Source: Lepidodermella squamata
Taxonomy: Eukaryota; Animalia; Gastrotricha
DNA: 64,000 nucleotides
Assembly (NCBI GenBank): GCA_047495785.1
Contig: JBLDXI010000003.1
Coordinates: forward strand, 1,860,001 to 1,924,000
Direction: 5' to 3'
A program made the translations under genes and the position numbers. The notes beneath the pieces are model-generated. The model was not told the DNA's origin, did no database searches, and saw nothing but the letters and a program-made list of their open reading frames with translations. Position 1 is the stretch's first letter; each line of letters opens with the position of its first letter. Positions 1-12,333 of this stretch are shown here, piece after piece.

Positions 1-502
1 ATGATTTATGCGCAAAACACTCTATTGTAACACTCAGACTTGGCCAGCCACGTTAGAGAGGGCTTGTCCGAATTATTAGCATTCAAGATAACATTCGCGA
101 CATGGGTTCTCCCATGACTGGGTTGTATACGCGTAACAAAAAATGCGGCCGAATTCCCAAAGATGGATTATGCTAACGAGCTAGCTCCGTTATACGAAAA
201 ACGTAATCCGTAACTGAAAATACCAAACGTATTACAGCATAGGTAAAGAGGGAATATTTGTTCGTATTTTGATGTCAATACGGGATTCACACCGCTAGGA
301 TTTCGGAATGATTCTCCATTTGACGGTAAATTCATCTTTATCTTACAGAATTTTGCGGTATTCAGTTGTTAAGGCAAATTTCTAATGTTCCTTCTTCTCT
401 TTATAAATCGAGGGAGTTAATAAATTTTCGTCTAAGATATCAGCGTATTAGACATCGAGAATTGTATTCTTGAAGCCTTGATAACCGAACAGTGACTCAT
501 AG

Positions 503-2059
503 ATGGGAGCGAAAGCGGCTACTATTTTCAAGCTTACACCTCAATGGAACTGCTATGGCACTCGCAGAGACTACGTCGTGGCTATCGCATTCGTTTGCTT
601 TCTTATTCTTTGCTATGCTGCTCTAATAAGTCGTAATAGCAATGTTGGATCTCCTCTCGAAGCTGAACCTTATTCATCAGTATCCGAAGAGCGTGATAAC
701 GAGTTGGCCCATCTTGTCGAAGATCATACAGCCCCAAGAAGCGAAAGTGTTACTACTCTACTGATTTGGAGAAGCTCCAAAGAATCACGGAAAACAGATA
801 AAACAACAACTTTTTCCACGGCGGCTTCTTACACTAATAAGCAAATTAGTTCTACGAGAACAGCTTTTTCTACGCTGAGGGACGATTCACAAAATCTCAC
901 AACGCTTTCTATCATTGAACCGGTTTTGTGCAACGAAACCCAGTGGGCTGGTAAACTTGAGTTGTTCCTTACAACACCAGCCTCTCCTTCGGGCGAGAGG
1001 GAGAACACGGAATTATTACTACCATCCCTAACCCTTTTCTGGCCAATGTCGCAGCCCCTGAATCTCGTCTTCGTCAGCGATATTGAGTCTACTTATGCTC
1101 CGATGTTTATCAAAAAGATGGAAAATTTCACGAAGCGATTACGTCCCGACAACCTGAATGTGAGGAGTGTGTTGGGCAGCAAGGCTTTTCCTTGTGATGG
1201 CTGGCACAAGGCTCAATGGATGAAGCTATGGGCGGACAACTTCACCAAAGCTGAATTCGTTGGATTTTTAGACACAGACACAGTATTTACTTCTCGGGTC
1301 ACTGAGCGGGACCTTTTTGTGGATGGGAAACCGGTAGTGCGGCCTAAGTACGGCAAGCCCTCCCCGTTATGGGGCGAATGGCAGAGGGTTCCGAGGAAGA
1401 CTTTTAAATTGCTAGGAATGAAAGGTAAGATTTGACGCACATAATGCTTGAAATCTAGGAAATTTCATGCCACAGAAACGTTCAACTGTATGTCGTTTTT
1501 TCCGGTGGTGGTCAAGACGAGGCATTTAGCAACCGTTCGAGAAACGATCAGAAATGCGACTGGAAAGGCGTATTTCGACGCAGCTATAGCTGGAGAGGTT
1601 TACTACTCCGAGTACAACATGATGTGCACGGTTCTATGGAACTTCTTCCGCGATGAGTATTACTGGGTAATAGGCGAGACCGAGTTGGGTTGGAAAGGAC
1701 CAGTGCCACCTGGGCAGGTCGAGTCACTGCATGAGGCTGGAATTCCGTTCAGTATATTAAATCGACAACGGCCGAATATTGCGTTCCATTGGACTTATTT
1801 CCCGCTTCGTAATGAGCAAGATTCCTTCAAAACTACGATGCGGAAAGGATATTGCTATTCTTTAACTCATATTGAAAAGCGGCCAGGTTTTTGCTCAAGC
1901 TATGATAGATTTGCTAATGTTAATGAGAATCAGTTTCAATTTGAGTCTGAAAACTATGCAAAGCGGAAAGGTGCGTACGAGTCCCACCTATTGCGTTTAG
2001 CTGAACTGGAAGGATGCCCACATTCTTGGAATAAGGTGCGAGTCAGCGCAATATTATGA
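503..2059 (+). CDS. Type II membrane glycosyltransferase-like protein (~501 aa; exons 503-1424, 1476-2059)
   Basis: The two ORFs join in frame across a 51-bp intron (aaag|gtaaga...cacag|aa). N-terminal TM (VVAIAFVCFLILCYAALI), S/T-rich stem, DxD-like motif FVGFLDTDTVF typical of GT-A folds. Confidence 0.7.
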
Positions 2060-2248
2060 ATCGCCTAATATTTTCATAACTCAGGCCTCAAGTCGCAGAG
2101 GGGATATTTATTTACACGAGATATTATATTGACGTCGAATAAAAATGTGAAACTATCAATCATGAATTTCAGGTCCATACTAGGAAAGTAAAGAAAACCG
2201 GATGTAAGAAGGCATCAACAAGCGATGTAGACAAGTCAATTCTCAATT

Positions 2249-5200
2249 TTAAATCGGGTAAACAATAATCTCCGAAATCGGGAGCAATCCTGGGGTAACT
2301 CGCCGCAAAATAGCGTAACGACCATATGCAGGTTGCAAACAGAACAGCTCATAGGGCCGGCTAGCATATCGATAGTCCAGTTCCATTAATGGCGAGACAG
2401 AATCGCAAAACTGGCTCGATGTAACAACATTAGACAGGGAATTTCCAACTCTCAACTCGGTATTTGTCAGGCTGTAACCGTAGCGATCAGCAGCGATGTA
2501 GACTAAAACTCGCGATACTACGGTCGCAAGACCCATATCGACTGCTATCCAAGCCTCTGAGGTTGGATCTAACCCAGAATCACAGGCTTTCAAACGCTGC
2601 TATGCTGAAATTAAGCTCTTACCAATGACGTATCCTCTGATGAGGTGAAAACGAGCGGTTGCTGCAAGAGACGCGTTCGAGTTAAGATCAACCACGGTGT
2701 CTACAGCAGTTTCGATTGACATGGGCAGATGGAAAGCGCGAGGTCCAGAAGTCGCAAATGAAGGATTCCAGCCAGCAAATTGGCCTATGTAACTGATGCC
2801 ACAATACAAAAGACTGCTTGCCCCTTGATAGATGCCAAGGACATCACCCTGGGAAATATTCATTGCTGTAGAAGCATCAAACTCTCTGAAAGGAAAAAAT
2901 AAGGTTCTAGTAATTCAGCTGTATTTCAATTTTACAAATATCGGCGTCGAATATTATCGCTGGCTATATGGACCGGGAAGTTGAGGCTTGTCTTAAGCCG
3001 AAACTGGTTAGTGTTCAAGCTTTGATATGTATGAATGTAGCAGTTGCTAGGCGTAGTGATCGTGTTTCCGTTATCTAAGCGACGAGCTGCAGCAACATTC
3101 CTGGTTATCAGCTCCCATTGAATGACAGAACCCGAGCACGAAGAGGGCGATACAGGCCTGCCGGTCCCTGCGGGGGTTTGGTCATGAAAGGCTCTGGTAG
3201 GCTGCTCCAATGGCGGAACATACGGCAAACCGACCGTGCAAACCTGGCCTGTGCAGTAACTTGCATTATTTGAGAATCCATTTTACGCGGCAAAAATCTA
3301 CCTGTTGACAGGGTCTCGTTAGCAGCTGTTACTCCATCAGTCGCTCTGAATTTGGAAGCTTCGGCTGAAGCGTGTGAGTTTGGCGAGAGAATGACCCTCC
3401 GGCCCAACGCCATGTTGATAGCTGTAAACAAATTAGTCAGAACAAATAATGCTTCGAAACTAGCTTTACATGGGCTGTTATAGGCTTCGATTTGGCAAAT
3501 GTCAAATCCAACGTTTTTGTAGGTTGAAAGGACAGTTAAGTATCGACCTGGCTGGGCGTAAGGATCAACTGTCAATCTGATAGGTTCTCGATCACTTATC
3601 TCGCCCTGATACAACGTTCGGGCAATCTTTGGATTGGTCAACGCTGATGCTGCACTTGTCACAGTGTTGTTTCCTAACGTGACCTCAATAGCGGGGAACG
3701 AAACATCGGTGTCTTCAATCTCGCAGCCGAATATTCTAGCTTGCATTGCGATATTCCCATTCGCGAATGCGGTGGGATAGATGCGCATGAAACGGCTGAT
3801 TAATGGGTTGATGCGAAGAGGTATCTCAACAATCGTCGTTTTATCCGTGTTCGCCATGAACTCTTGAACGAAACCGTCCTCGCCTTTGTGCATCAGCCAC
3901 TGATCGCTGTTGAAGCTGTAACCAAGTCGGAATTTTTGAATCCAACCAGGCTTGCTGCACACATTGTTGCTACCACGCATTTGCAGCCGAGTTACGCGAG
4001 CAAGGTAGCCAAAAGATATTTGCCAGAATATTTCTTGACTGGATTCGAAAGGGCTGGTCAGTGAGTAAGACCAAATCAAACCCGCTTCGATTAAGCTGTC
4101 TTGGAAATTCGAGCAATCAGAGTCCGAATGGCTAACAGAAATGATGTTTGCTTTGCTGTGGAGAATTAACCTTCGATTGCAAGTTCGGACTAAAAGAAAT
4201 CCAATTACTTTATAATAAGAAGCTTAATTCCGGTTCATACTAACCTTTGCACCCTTTCAGTCCAAATCTAAGTGATGGCCAGCCAGAGAATGAAGCCACT
4301 TCGAACATTACGTAGCGGCCTCTTGCAGGATACGGCAGGCGATTCTCAATAACAGAGTTTCGATCGAAATTCCCCGTAAATACCTGCAAATGCGAGTGAG
4401 TTTAAGATTTTAACAACATACAATCAAATACCAAATCATTCCCGTTGACGTCCTTTATTCGAGCAGAATTGTCAGCCATAGTCGATGCTAGATTCGGGGA
4501 GGAGTAGATTTGTAGAAAGAACCCTGTAACCCATTCGTCGGCTATAGGGCTGCCAGCAGTTAAAACAGCTCTAATTTCGAAGTCATGGTTGAGGCTGACT
4601 CCCATAACAGCACCCACATCGCTAGGAGCACGCCAAAAGCCTAAAGAAACTCTCGTCATTAAGGCGAATCAAAAAAGTAGAAGGCTCACAGGAAGGGCTG
4701 TCAACTGTCGCCAATTGCGCACAACCCGACGGGCCATGTAGAGACACCATCACCCAGTCGTCCATTTGCATAAGATGGTACTCACAAGCACTTGGTGAAA
4801 CTGAAACATACAGGGTGCAACAAGCAAAATCGCGAATTGACGATTTTACCTTCGATTTTAGACGGACAGCCATTCATTACGTGTTGTATAGCGTTACTGT
4901 TCATCGTGAAGTTGAAGACGTAAATGCAACTGATTCTCGTCCCTGACACGGAGCTACCCACATAATCTGTGCCACCAAGGCGATAGCCGGTGGTGGTACC
5001 AAGGTCAGCACACGTTGCTCCTGTTGTAGAGGTGACCAGATTGCCGTTAACCAAAAGATTCAGCACTGCGGTTGTATTATCATACGCGAGCGCGTAGTGA
5101 TTCCATGCGTTGAGAGGAACTGTGTTGTTCCATGTGGCTTGAAAAGTGCCGCCGCCGACACATTGAAACTGACCAGTACTATCGAGAAAAAAGAAACTTA

Positions 5201-8200
5201 GCCATGAAAGCTGATAAAATCGGAATGAACTAACAAAATCCTGGCGGTGCTGATGCTGAACGTGATATGCGAAAAACCAGCAACTGTTTTGGTGGCGAAA
5301 ACGTAACTCGTTATCGAAGGTGCCGAGACAAAGTACAGCCATTCCATAACAGTGAATGCGCCTGTAGTGAGCAGACAGGACTGCGGTAGTTTTGCGTTCG
5401 ATGGAGCGTAGGCGTTTGATTGGAAGAAATGCGCGTTCTGTGGAGGTATTGGCGATTTGGCGGTCGCAAAGGTTCCACCTCCCGAAACCTGATCAGTAGA
5501 ATTCACAGGTGGATCATCGGTAAAGAACTGGCTCCATCGGTAGACATCATCAGTTGTCCACGTTAGCACTGCTCTCTGGCCGTGAACTGGGCATCGCGAG
5601 ATCTGTTGCACCTCTCTACTCGTCAACGCTTGGTTGAATATGATCACACAAGCAACTCGATCATTCAGTGTAAGAGTCGAAGGAGAAGGTAGAGACCCAA
5701 CTCTGAACTGCCCAGAGGTCTCCAGCTCACAGCCTCGAGGTAGCTGCCTCAAAAGCGCTAGGCTAGCCTCGTGGTAGACTGCAAACTGGCCAGTCGCGTA
5801 GTTGTACGTTATAGCAACATGCCGCAATCGCTGCATAGTCATCACTTTTGACGTTAAATTAGCTCGGAAAACCCCTTTGTAAGCCATATTGCGGCACATC
5901 ACGGTGAAGTTGAAACCTCCATCTTCACAGGTCAACCCCAAAGCGTAGGAAGGAGGGGAGGCCGTAGGGTGTAGGTACCCGAGTACGGACTGGGTTGTTG
6001 TTTGGGATTGGCACATCACATAGAAGCTAATTGTGATTGTGTATGGTGAAGTAAGTTCTCCGTTCGAATTAGGATGCATCATGTATGCCTCTCTATCTCC
6101 ATTGAAGACTAAAGCTCCGAGTGCGTACTTGGCATTCGCGGCTCCTGTCAGAAAGGTCCCGATCGAAGCATTGCTGCCTTTTGACGCACCTAACGCTGAT
6201 GACCCCATGTAATCGTTAAGCCCGTATTTCACGCTCAGAGGCCAAAATACCAGTGGAGTTGGGGCTGAAATAGAGAAATTTTAATCGGTGGTGAACATCA
6301 TTTTTACACAACTTTGCCAAGGGCACAGCATTGCATCGTCCATTTCCTTTTTCGATAGAATACGGTTGTACATTTGCACGCAAGCTAGGTATCGAGACAT
6401 AACTCTTGGACTCAAAGCGCCATACGGTCCCATGCTAACTGATGAGTCTGTCAAAATGCTACCATTGTAATGCGAAGTTATATCTCCAGCTCCCACCACA
6501 ACGTTATTGGCTAGTATGTAATAGCTCGCTGTATAGATATCTCGTTATAAATAGAACAACTGAGGGTAGAGTCTTACATTTAGCACGATCGAAGGTGAAG
6601 CCGATAAAATACCATTGATCAACCGACAAAGGCACGATTGATGTTCCGCCCGTTGTCTTGGAAAATCCTTCCAGATGGTAGGTTGAAGTATTTGAAGCGT
6701 ACGGCCAAGCACAGATGCCCTGCCATCTAGAAATATAAGGATTTCGAACGTCATCAAGCTCGTTTTAATCAGATAACATACCCCTGGCCAGTTAAATAAT
6801 TGAATTGAATCAATGTGATCGGAGAGGATGGCCAATAAGATTTAGGAATGTAAACCCAGAGAAACACAGAAAAATCGGTCGTTGGGAAACTGGTAGCTGC
6901 GACAGCAGTCGTCTTAGGCATCAATATCGCCATGGTATCAGCAGCCTTGGTAAATCGGAAAGCTGTCTTAGGCTTCCCAAATGGGCCCGTCACTAGGTCA
7001 ATGGTAGGCGAAAAAATTCCATCCGTGCCTTGACCGCTGAGATCATTTGCCCCATTTATCGCGTCCAGAAGCCACAGACCAATCGGCTCTAAGGCCGAGT
7101 ATAACCTAGGCGGTGTTACAACAACATCTGTGACAGATCGAGCTGTTCCCAAATCGATTGTAGCGTATGACGGATTGCTCGGATCCGGGTCAAGGCGAAC
7201 GCAAGACCTCAATCGGCCTTGAGTATCAAAGTTCGGTTGATCAGTCAGCTTGCCATTCGAGGCATTCATTCTGTTGAAGGTCGAGTCTGTGAAAGAGGTT
7301 GCAGGCCTTGACAAAGCAAGGTCAGGTGCTTTGTACGTGATCCTCGGAACCTCTGGAACCCGAGAGAGATTGAAATTAAGCAGAATATTGGGCATTACGT
7401 CAACAAACTTCTACAACCAAGGAGCTCCCATCTAATTCCAGGTAGAGATGTTTGCTGTAACACAGTTAAACGCACCAATCGCGCGATAATGGGCTTGTCG
7501 AAAAAGGTTGTAGTGTAACTGTCACCAGAGTTTCCATTTGTGAAGACCTGAAACGAGTGGTATTACTAATTGAGTCATTCGAAAACCGGCAACAAACCAA
7601 CCTGAAATGAGGTTGGACCTTCAGGTGCTCCGTTTCTACGCACGTCACGCCAACCCGGGTCGCCGCAATCAGGGTCAATGCAGTAACTCAGGCGGAACAT
7701 GCTTGCGCCCTGGGTCCCGGCAATAGAAGGTCTTGCCAGCATGGTGGACACCCCGGTAATCTGGAAAGAAGACATCAGGTAGATGAAGATTAGAAACTAT
7801 GCCTACGATGAAGTTTTTTAGCAGGTCCACTTGAATCCATTCATTGGGGCTAGCACTGGCCGCTATCCAGCCATGCCAAGGGTTGTTGAGATTGGAAAAG
7901 CTAGCAGTTCGGTTCGGTGTACTGTAAGAGGATTGAGAAAACTGGCTTGGGCTCAGCTCCATCGCTTCGATTCCCAGAGGCTCTGCATCTCAGCTTAAAC
8001 AGCAAAGAACTAACTATGGGGCTATTCCTTACTTCGACATGTCGCGTGACAGCCGTATAGCTCGACTTGATAGGCAAAGTCATTTGTATTTACCCAAGTT
8101 CGAGGGTAGAACCGTACGTGGTGAACTATCACAGGTGACCATAAATCGATTCTGATTGTGGTTAGGGATACAGCAGTAAGATTGTGTTTAAAGATTGCAA

Positions 8201-9062
8201 CACTTCCGTCATTCGATAGATAGTCTTGCCAGGTAGTGCCGTCTAAACTGTAGCCGAGAGAGCTGGAGTAGGTCCATCCAAAAGGTTTCATTTCGAAGTA
8301 ATGTAGCCAAAAAAAATGCATCGAGAGATATCTTACAGCCAAAGCAAAGCTAGAAGTAGTAGGCGAGGACGAAATCTCTTAATGTTACCTGAAGGAAAGA
8401 TGTTGTCGGATTTGGCGAAGATCCAGCGTAGTACATTTGAGGTGACGTCTGATATTCATCTGTGCCTATGCATAGCCTACCGTAGATGGGCTTAACGGTC
8501 GCGCCTACTTGTGGATTGGCTCCACTGATAATTTGGTCATCGCGAATAGTTAGGGCATAATCGTCCCAAAGTTCCCCGCTACACTTTTTCGACCGCACTC
8601 CAAGTGGCTGGGGATTAATACAAGCTGAATCATAGATCGACTCAAATCAGCAAAAACTCAAAAAACTGACTCCGGCTTACGATTCGCTAACGTTTCCAAC
8701 ATGTACTGTATCGCTCGCTTTGCCTTGGCGATTGCGGAATCCCGACCGTTCGATGACGCAGAGTTAGAGGCGAGATGAAACGTCACATCTTCGCTGTTTG
8801 CAGCAGCCGTTGTGTCGAGTTGCGTTGCAGAGATGGAAACTGAGTAAAGAAGACACGTTTTGTCTGCCTTCCGAAAGTAAGCCGCATTGCAACCATTTGT
8901 CCGTCCGCATAGCGATGCGCAATGGTTCTCCGTGTCTGTTGTAGACCTTCACCGAAGTAACAAAAGAGCACTTCAAGCAGGTAACGGATTCACGAAGCTT
9001 CGCGCAACTCCTATTTAACCTTACGCCGAAAAAAACCCAAGAACACCGATGGTAAAAAGCAT
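2249..9062 (-). CDS. Large secreted multi-exon mosaic protein: signal peptide, PAN/apple, several F5/8C (discoidin), LamG/ConA-like repeats, fucolectin-like C-terminus
   Basis: Chain of minus-strand ORFs separated by short GT-AG introns. F5/8C motifs (EWIQVDL, FRLGYS..W, RFMRIYP), LamG-like motifs (HVAITYN, WNHYALAYD) and a PAN-like CASLCGRTNGCNAAYF..TCLLY at ~8.85-8.93 kb. Ends LPISEIIVYPI*. The start (MLFTIGVLGFFSA at 9062) is inferred. Confidence 0.75.
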
Positions 9063-9871
9063 CAAATTTTAATATCAAATCTTGAAGGAAATCCTAATCG
9101 AAGCAATTTCCTATTCAAATCTTAGTGACTCACGATGATAGCTGGTAATTTGCCAGAGAATCGCCTTGTATCACTGTTACAGGTTTCTGACCGTTCAATC
9201 TGTAAAAACTTCTACCACACGTCGCTAGCTGAAAGAAAGCCGCCTGGTAAAACAACAGAACCAAAACTCTATCCTTCATGCCTATACGTCGCAAAGCAAA
9301 AATGTATAAAAACGGCGATGTAGCTCTGTCCTATCCATGCAAGCTCATGTTGATCACTTTGATGTCAGTCATGTTTCGGCGTGTGAAATTAAGCTAAATT
9401 CGGCGCTTGTGATAGCTTAATATCAGCCTTCATTTTCCACATCGAATCAGTTCGCAAAATCAATTATTTCGTCATGGCGTAGGTCTTGTTCCACCCAAGA
9501 AAATTGCGAAATTATTGTTGCTTCGAGGTAAAATCTCGTTAATAATTAATTCAGCCGAGCGCGATTTTCAGCAAAAGCGAATGTAGAAAAACGTGGACAA
9601 TTTGATCGAGCTAAGGACTGACTGAGGCGAACCGTAGCAAAATTGTATAATGCTGAACGCTCTGTTTAAGACAATCCAATGTTGAATTTTGCGAGTTTTG
9701 GCTTGAATTCGATATCACAAAATACACAGGGAAATCAATTTTCGGATATCCGCAAAATATTGGTACCACCTTGTAGAGCATAAAATTTTGAGTAAAACGA
9801 GGTTAAACGATTGGGGTCTCAAACCTAACGGGTCGGCTGGGGATGGGCTCAAATAGCAAAAAATGCCTCAG

Positions 9872-9920
9872 GACCCCCGAAGTTGCGCAATTTCGGGCAA
9901 TTTGCGCAACTTCGGGGGTC
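9872..9920. repeat. Perfect 19-bp inverted repeat (hairpin), probably inside a non-autonomous DNA element
   Basis: gacccccgaagttgcgcaa - 11 nt - ttgcgcaacttcgggggtc. Confidence 0.7.
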
Positions 9921-10377
9921 TTGGTCCGCGACAAATCACTATTTCCTTTTCCAAAGATTTACATTAAAATATTTTTTTCTCAGATAATGAAAGCAAAATA
10001 ATTAATAAAAATTCAAAGGACGATTTTGGTGACCTGCGAACATCTGAATTATTCCTATCAATGAGACGAGTCTGATTATATAAGAACGGTGCCCAGTACA
10101 GGGTGGCGGACCCCAGCTCAAGAGGTCGAGGCAGAAAACCCGAAAAATCCCAGAAATACCCGAAAGTACCCTCCACCTCCCGGATCCCAGTTCATACACT
10201 GAAGGTGCCATCGCCAACCTTATTTAAAATAAGGTCAAATTTACTATCTTAATTGAGGCAACGTGTGACATGTGACAGGAATAAGTACGTCAACATTTCT
10301 TTCATCATTTTAAATTATTTTATTATTACACCTACATTGCTTCAAGCCCAACTTTCAAATTCATGATTGAAACTTGT

Positions 10378-11256
10378 TCAAATATGAGAAATTCTCCTCG
10401 AAGGCTTTTTAGCCTCGGCCAGCAATCTCCTAACGCGATCGCCAGATTTCCGATGGCTATTCGAAACCGGTGAAACTGTACCGCCAGTATCGTCATCTTC
10501 CAGAATCGTTTGATCACCCACGGAACCTTTCTTACCAATAACCCGGTGGTGATTGCCCTCGGATAGCCGGTGGTAATCGCGATTATGAATAACACTAAGA
10601 CGACTTCGACTGCCCAAAACCGCCGGCATGCTCTGCGAATGGCTGGGGCTAGCGAGGCTCATGGCTGATGGCACCCTGCTGCGGCGGGTGCCAGTGGGTG
10701 ACCCTGAGGGTGACTGGGACCGATTTTCGTCCAAACACCAATAATTGTGGTGAATAATCGCCGGCTCTAAATGGACAGGCGGAAATTTCGCAACATTTCT
10801 CCGGAAATTTTCAGAATTTTGAATAGAGAGTAGATTAAGCAGTATCGGAACTTGGCGTCTCCAGCAGGTAAAATCGTGTATCGGGCCCTTTTCTAATTCG
10901 AGAAGTTTTTCGAGATGGCCGTTCGGTTTATCGAAGAAACTCAAACGAGACGGTGATGATCTTGCGTAGATTTGTTTAGGCGACGAACATCGGCTTGTTG
11001 AGGTGGACCCGGCTGCTGAGCCCAGCTCGGAGTTGTCTAAACTGGGCGATCTCACGGTGACTGGGATTCGATCTCGTAAAAATGGCGAATTTCTCGGGGA
11101 TTTATGCAAATTTTGCTGACTTGTCGTTCGTAGAATTGACAGTCGTTTAGCCACCACGAATCGCTGGATGATTTTAGTCGATTTCGCCTCAATGTCGAAT
11201 TCATCTTCCTCATCGGCTGGCCCGGTGACGCTGATCGAAGGCGCTTGTGATGACAT
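10378..11256 (-). CDS. Hypothetical intronless Ser/Arg/Pro-rich protein (~292 aa, start MSSQAPS)
   Basis: Long ORF in AT-rich flanks with many SP motifs. First ATG is at 11256; the ORF-track start at 11400 is a TTG. Confidence 0.6.
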   Translation of the reverse strand: MSSQAPSISVTGPADEEDEFDIEAKSTKIIQRFVVAKRLSILRTTSQQNLHKSPRNSPFLRDRIPVTVRSPSLDNSELGSAAGSTSTSRCSSPKQIYARSSPSRLSFFDKPNGHLEKLLELEKGPIHDFTCWRRQVPILLNLLSIQNSENFRRNVAKFPPVHLEPAIIHHNYWCLDENRSQSPSGSPTGTRRSRVPSAMSLASPSHSQSMPAVLGSRSRLSVIHNRDYHRLSEGNHHRVIGKKGSVGDQTILEDDDTGGTVSPVSNSHRKSGDRVRRLLAEAKKPSRRISHI

Positions 11257-11565
11257 CTTGAGTTGTATTCTTCGAAAACTCAGTGTGAAATCGACTGATG
11301 GCAGTAAATAAAAACAGGATTGCAGATTTTGATGATGATTTTCGCTGTAACCATGGCTGCTAAAAGCATGCTGTTTATTCCGATCGATTATTCGACACAA
11401 AGTGAGGCAATATTGGAATATTCACGCTTGAATAATCTCCTCAAATCAAGTGTAAAATAATCGACTACAGAAATAAGAAGAGTTGGGAAGACTTTTTGGT
11501 CCAAATTTTCGAGATTTCCTTATTGACAAATTTTAACTGGAATTTAATTGAAAAATGAAATTTGA

Positions 11566-11637
11566 AGGCCCAGGCGGGAATTGAACCCGCGATCTTCTGT
11601 TTACGAGACAGACGCTCTACCACTAAGCTACTGAGCC
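11566..11637 (-). tRNA. tRNA-Thr(CGT)
   Basis: GGCTCAG...CTGGGCCT cloverleaf, anticodon arm tctgt-ctCGTaa-acaga, GTTCAATTC T-arm, downstream T-run. Confidence 0.92.
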
Positions 11638-11962
11638 TTGACCTGGTAATTTCAAAAAGTATGAATGGAAAAATGTTTTTTTGAAAAAATTTACAGTGTT
11701 TACAACAATAGTTCATCAATTCTTTCCAATTATCGGGATGGCTATTTGTCAGAGAAGAAAAATTAATTTTAAATATTTTTCGCAATGAATAAAATAATAG
11801 CCGTTTACAGCCGCAGAAGTATGAAAACGCGTGGAATTGAAGGCTATTGAGACAAAAGCGTTGGATTATGGCAAAGAGAGGCTTGTTGACGCGATAAATA
11901 ATGTGTAATGGGGTCACTGGTCATCAAACACTGTCACCTTACTGGTGTATGAATCAAGCACG

Positions 11963-12033
11963 GCATCGGTGGTTCAGTGGTAGAATTCTCGCCTGCCACG
12001 CGGGAGGCCCGGGTTCGATTCCCGGCCGATGCA
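11963..12033 (+). tRNA. tRNA-Gly(GCC)
   Basis: GCATCGGTGGTTCAGTGGTAGAATTCTCGCCTGCCACGCGGGAGGCCCGGGTTCGATTCCCGGCCGATGCA followed by an oligo-T terminator. Confidence 0.97.
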
Positions 12034-12333
12034 AGCTGTTTTTTTTTATTTTTTTTATTTTTTTATTTTTATTGCTGTTAAAGCCGCTTATATTCCTGGT
12101 TTCACGCGAAAGAATGGCTAATTTTAATTGATTAAATTATAACTAAGGACATTTTTAAATGAAAAATTTCAAATCTCAGAGTCCGATCATTTTGAATTTT
12201 TTTCAAAAATTAAAAAAATCGCCTTTTTATAGCATTGAACTCCAGTAAAATTACAACTGATATGTCACTTCGATAATTAATTTATTATATTTTCTCAAAT
12301 TAAACGAAATAAATTGTCAATGTAGTGCTGCGT

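Noticed and set aside
11465-12131. ORFs 11465-11917 and 11901-12131
   Set aside because: They are chance read-throughs of tRNA genes and AT-rich flanks.
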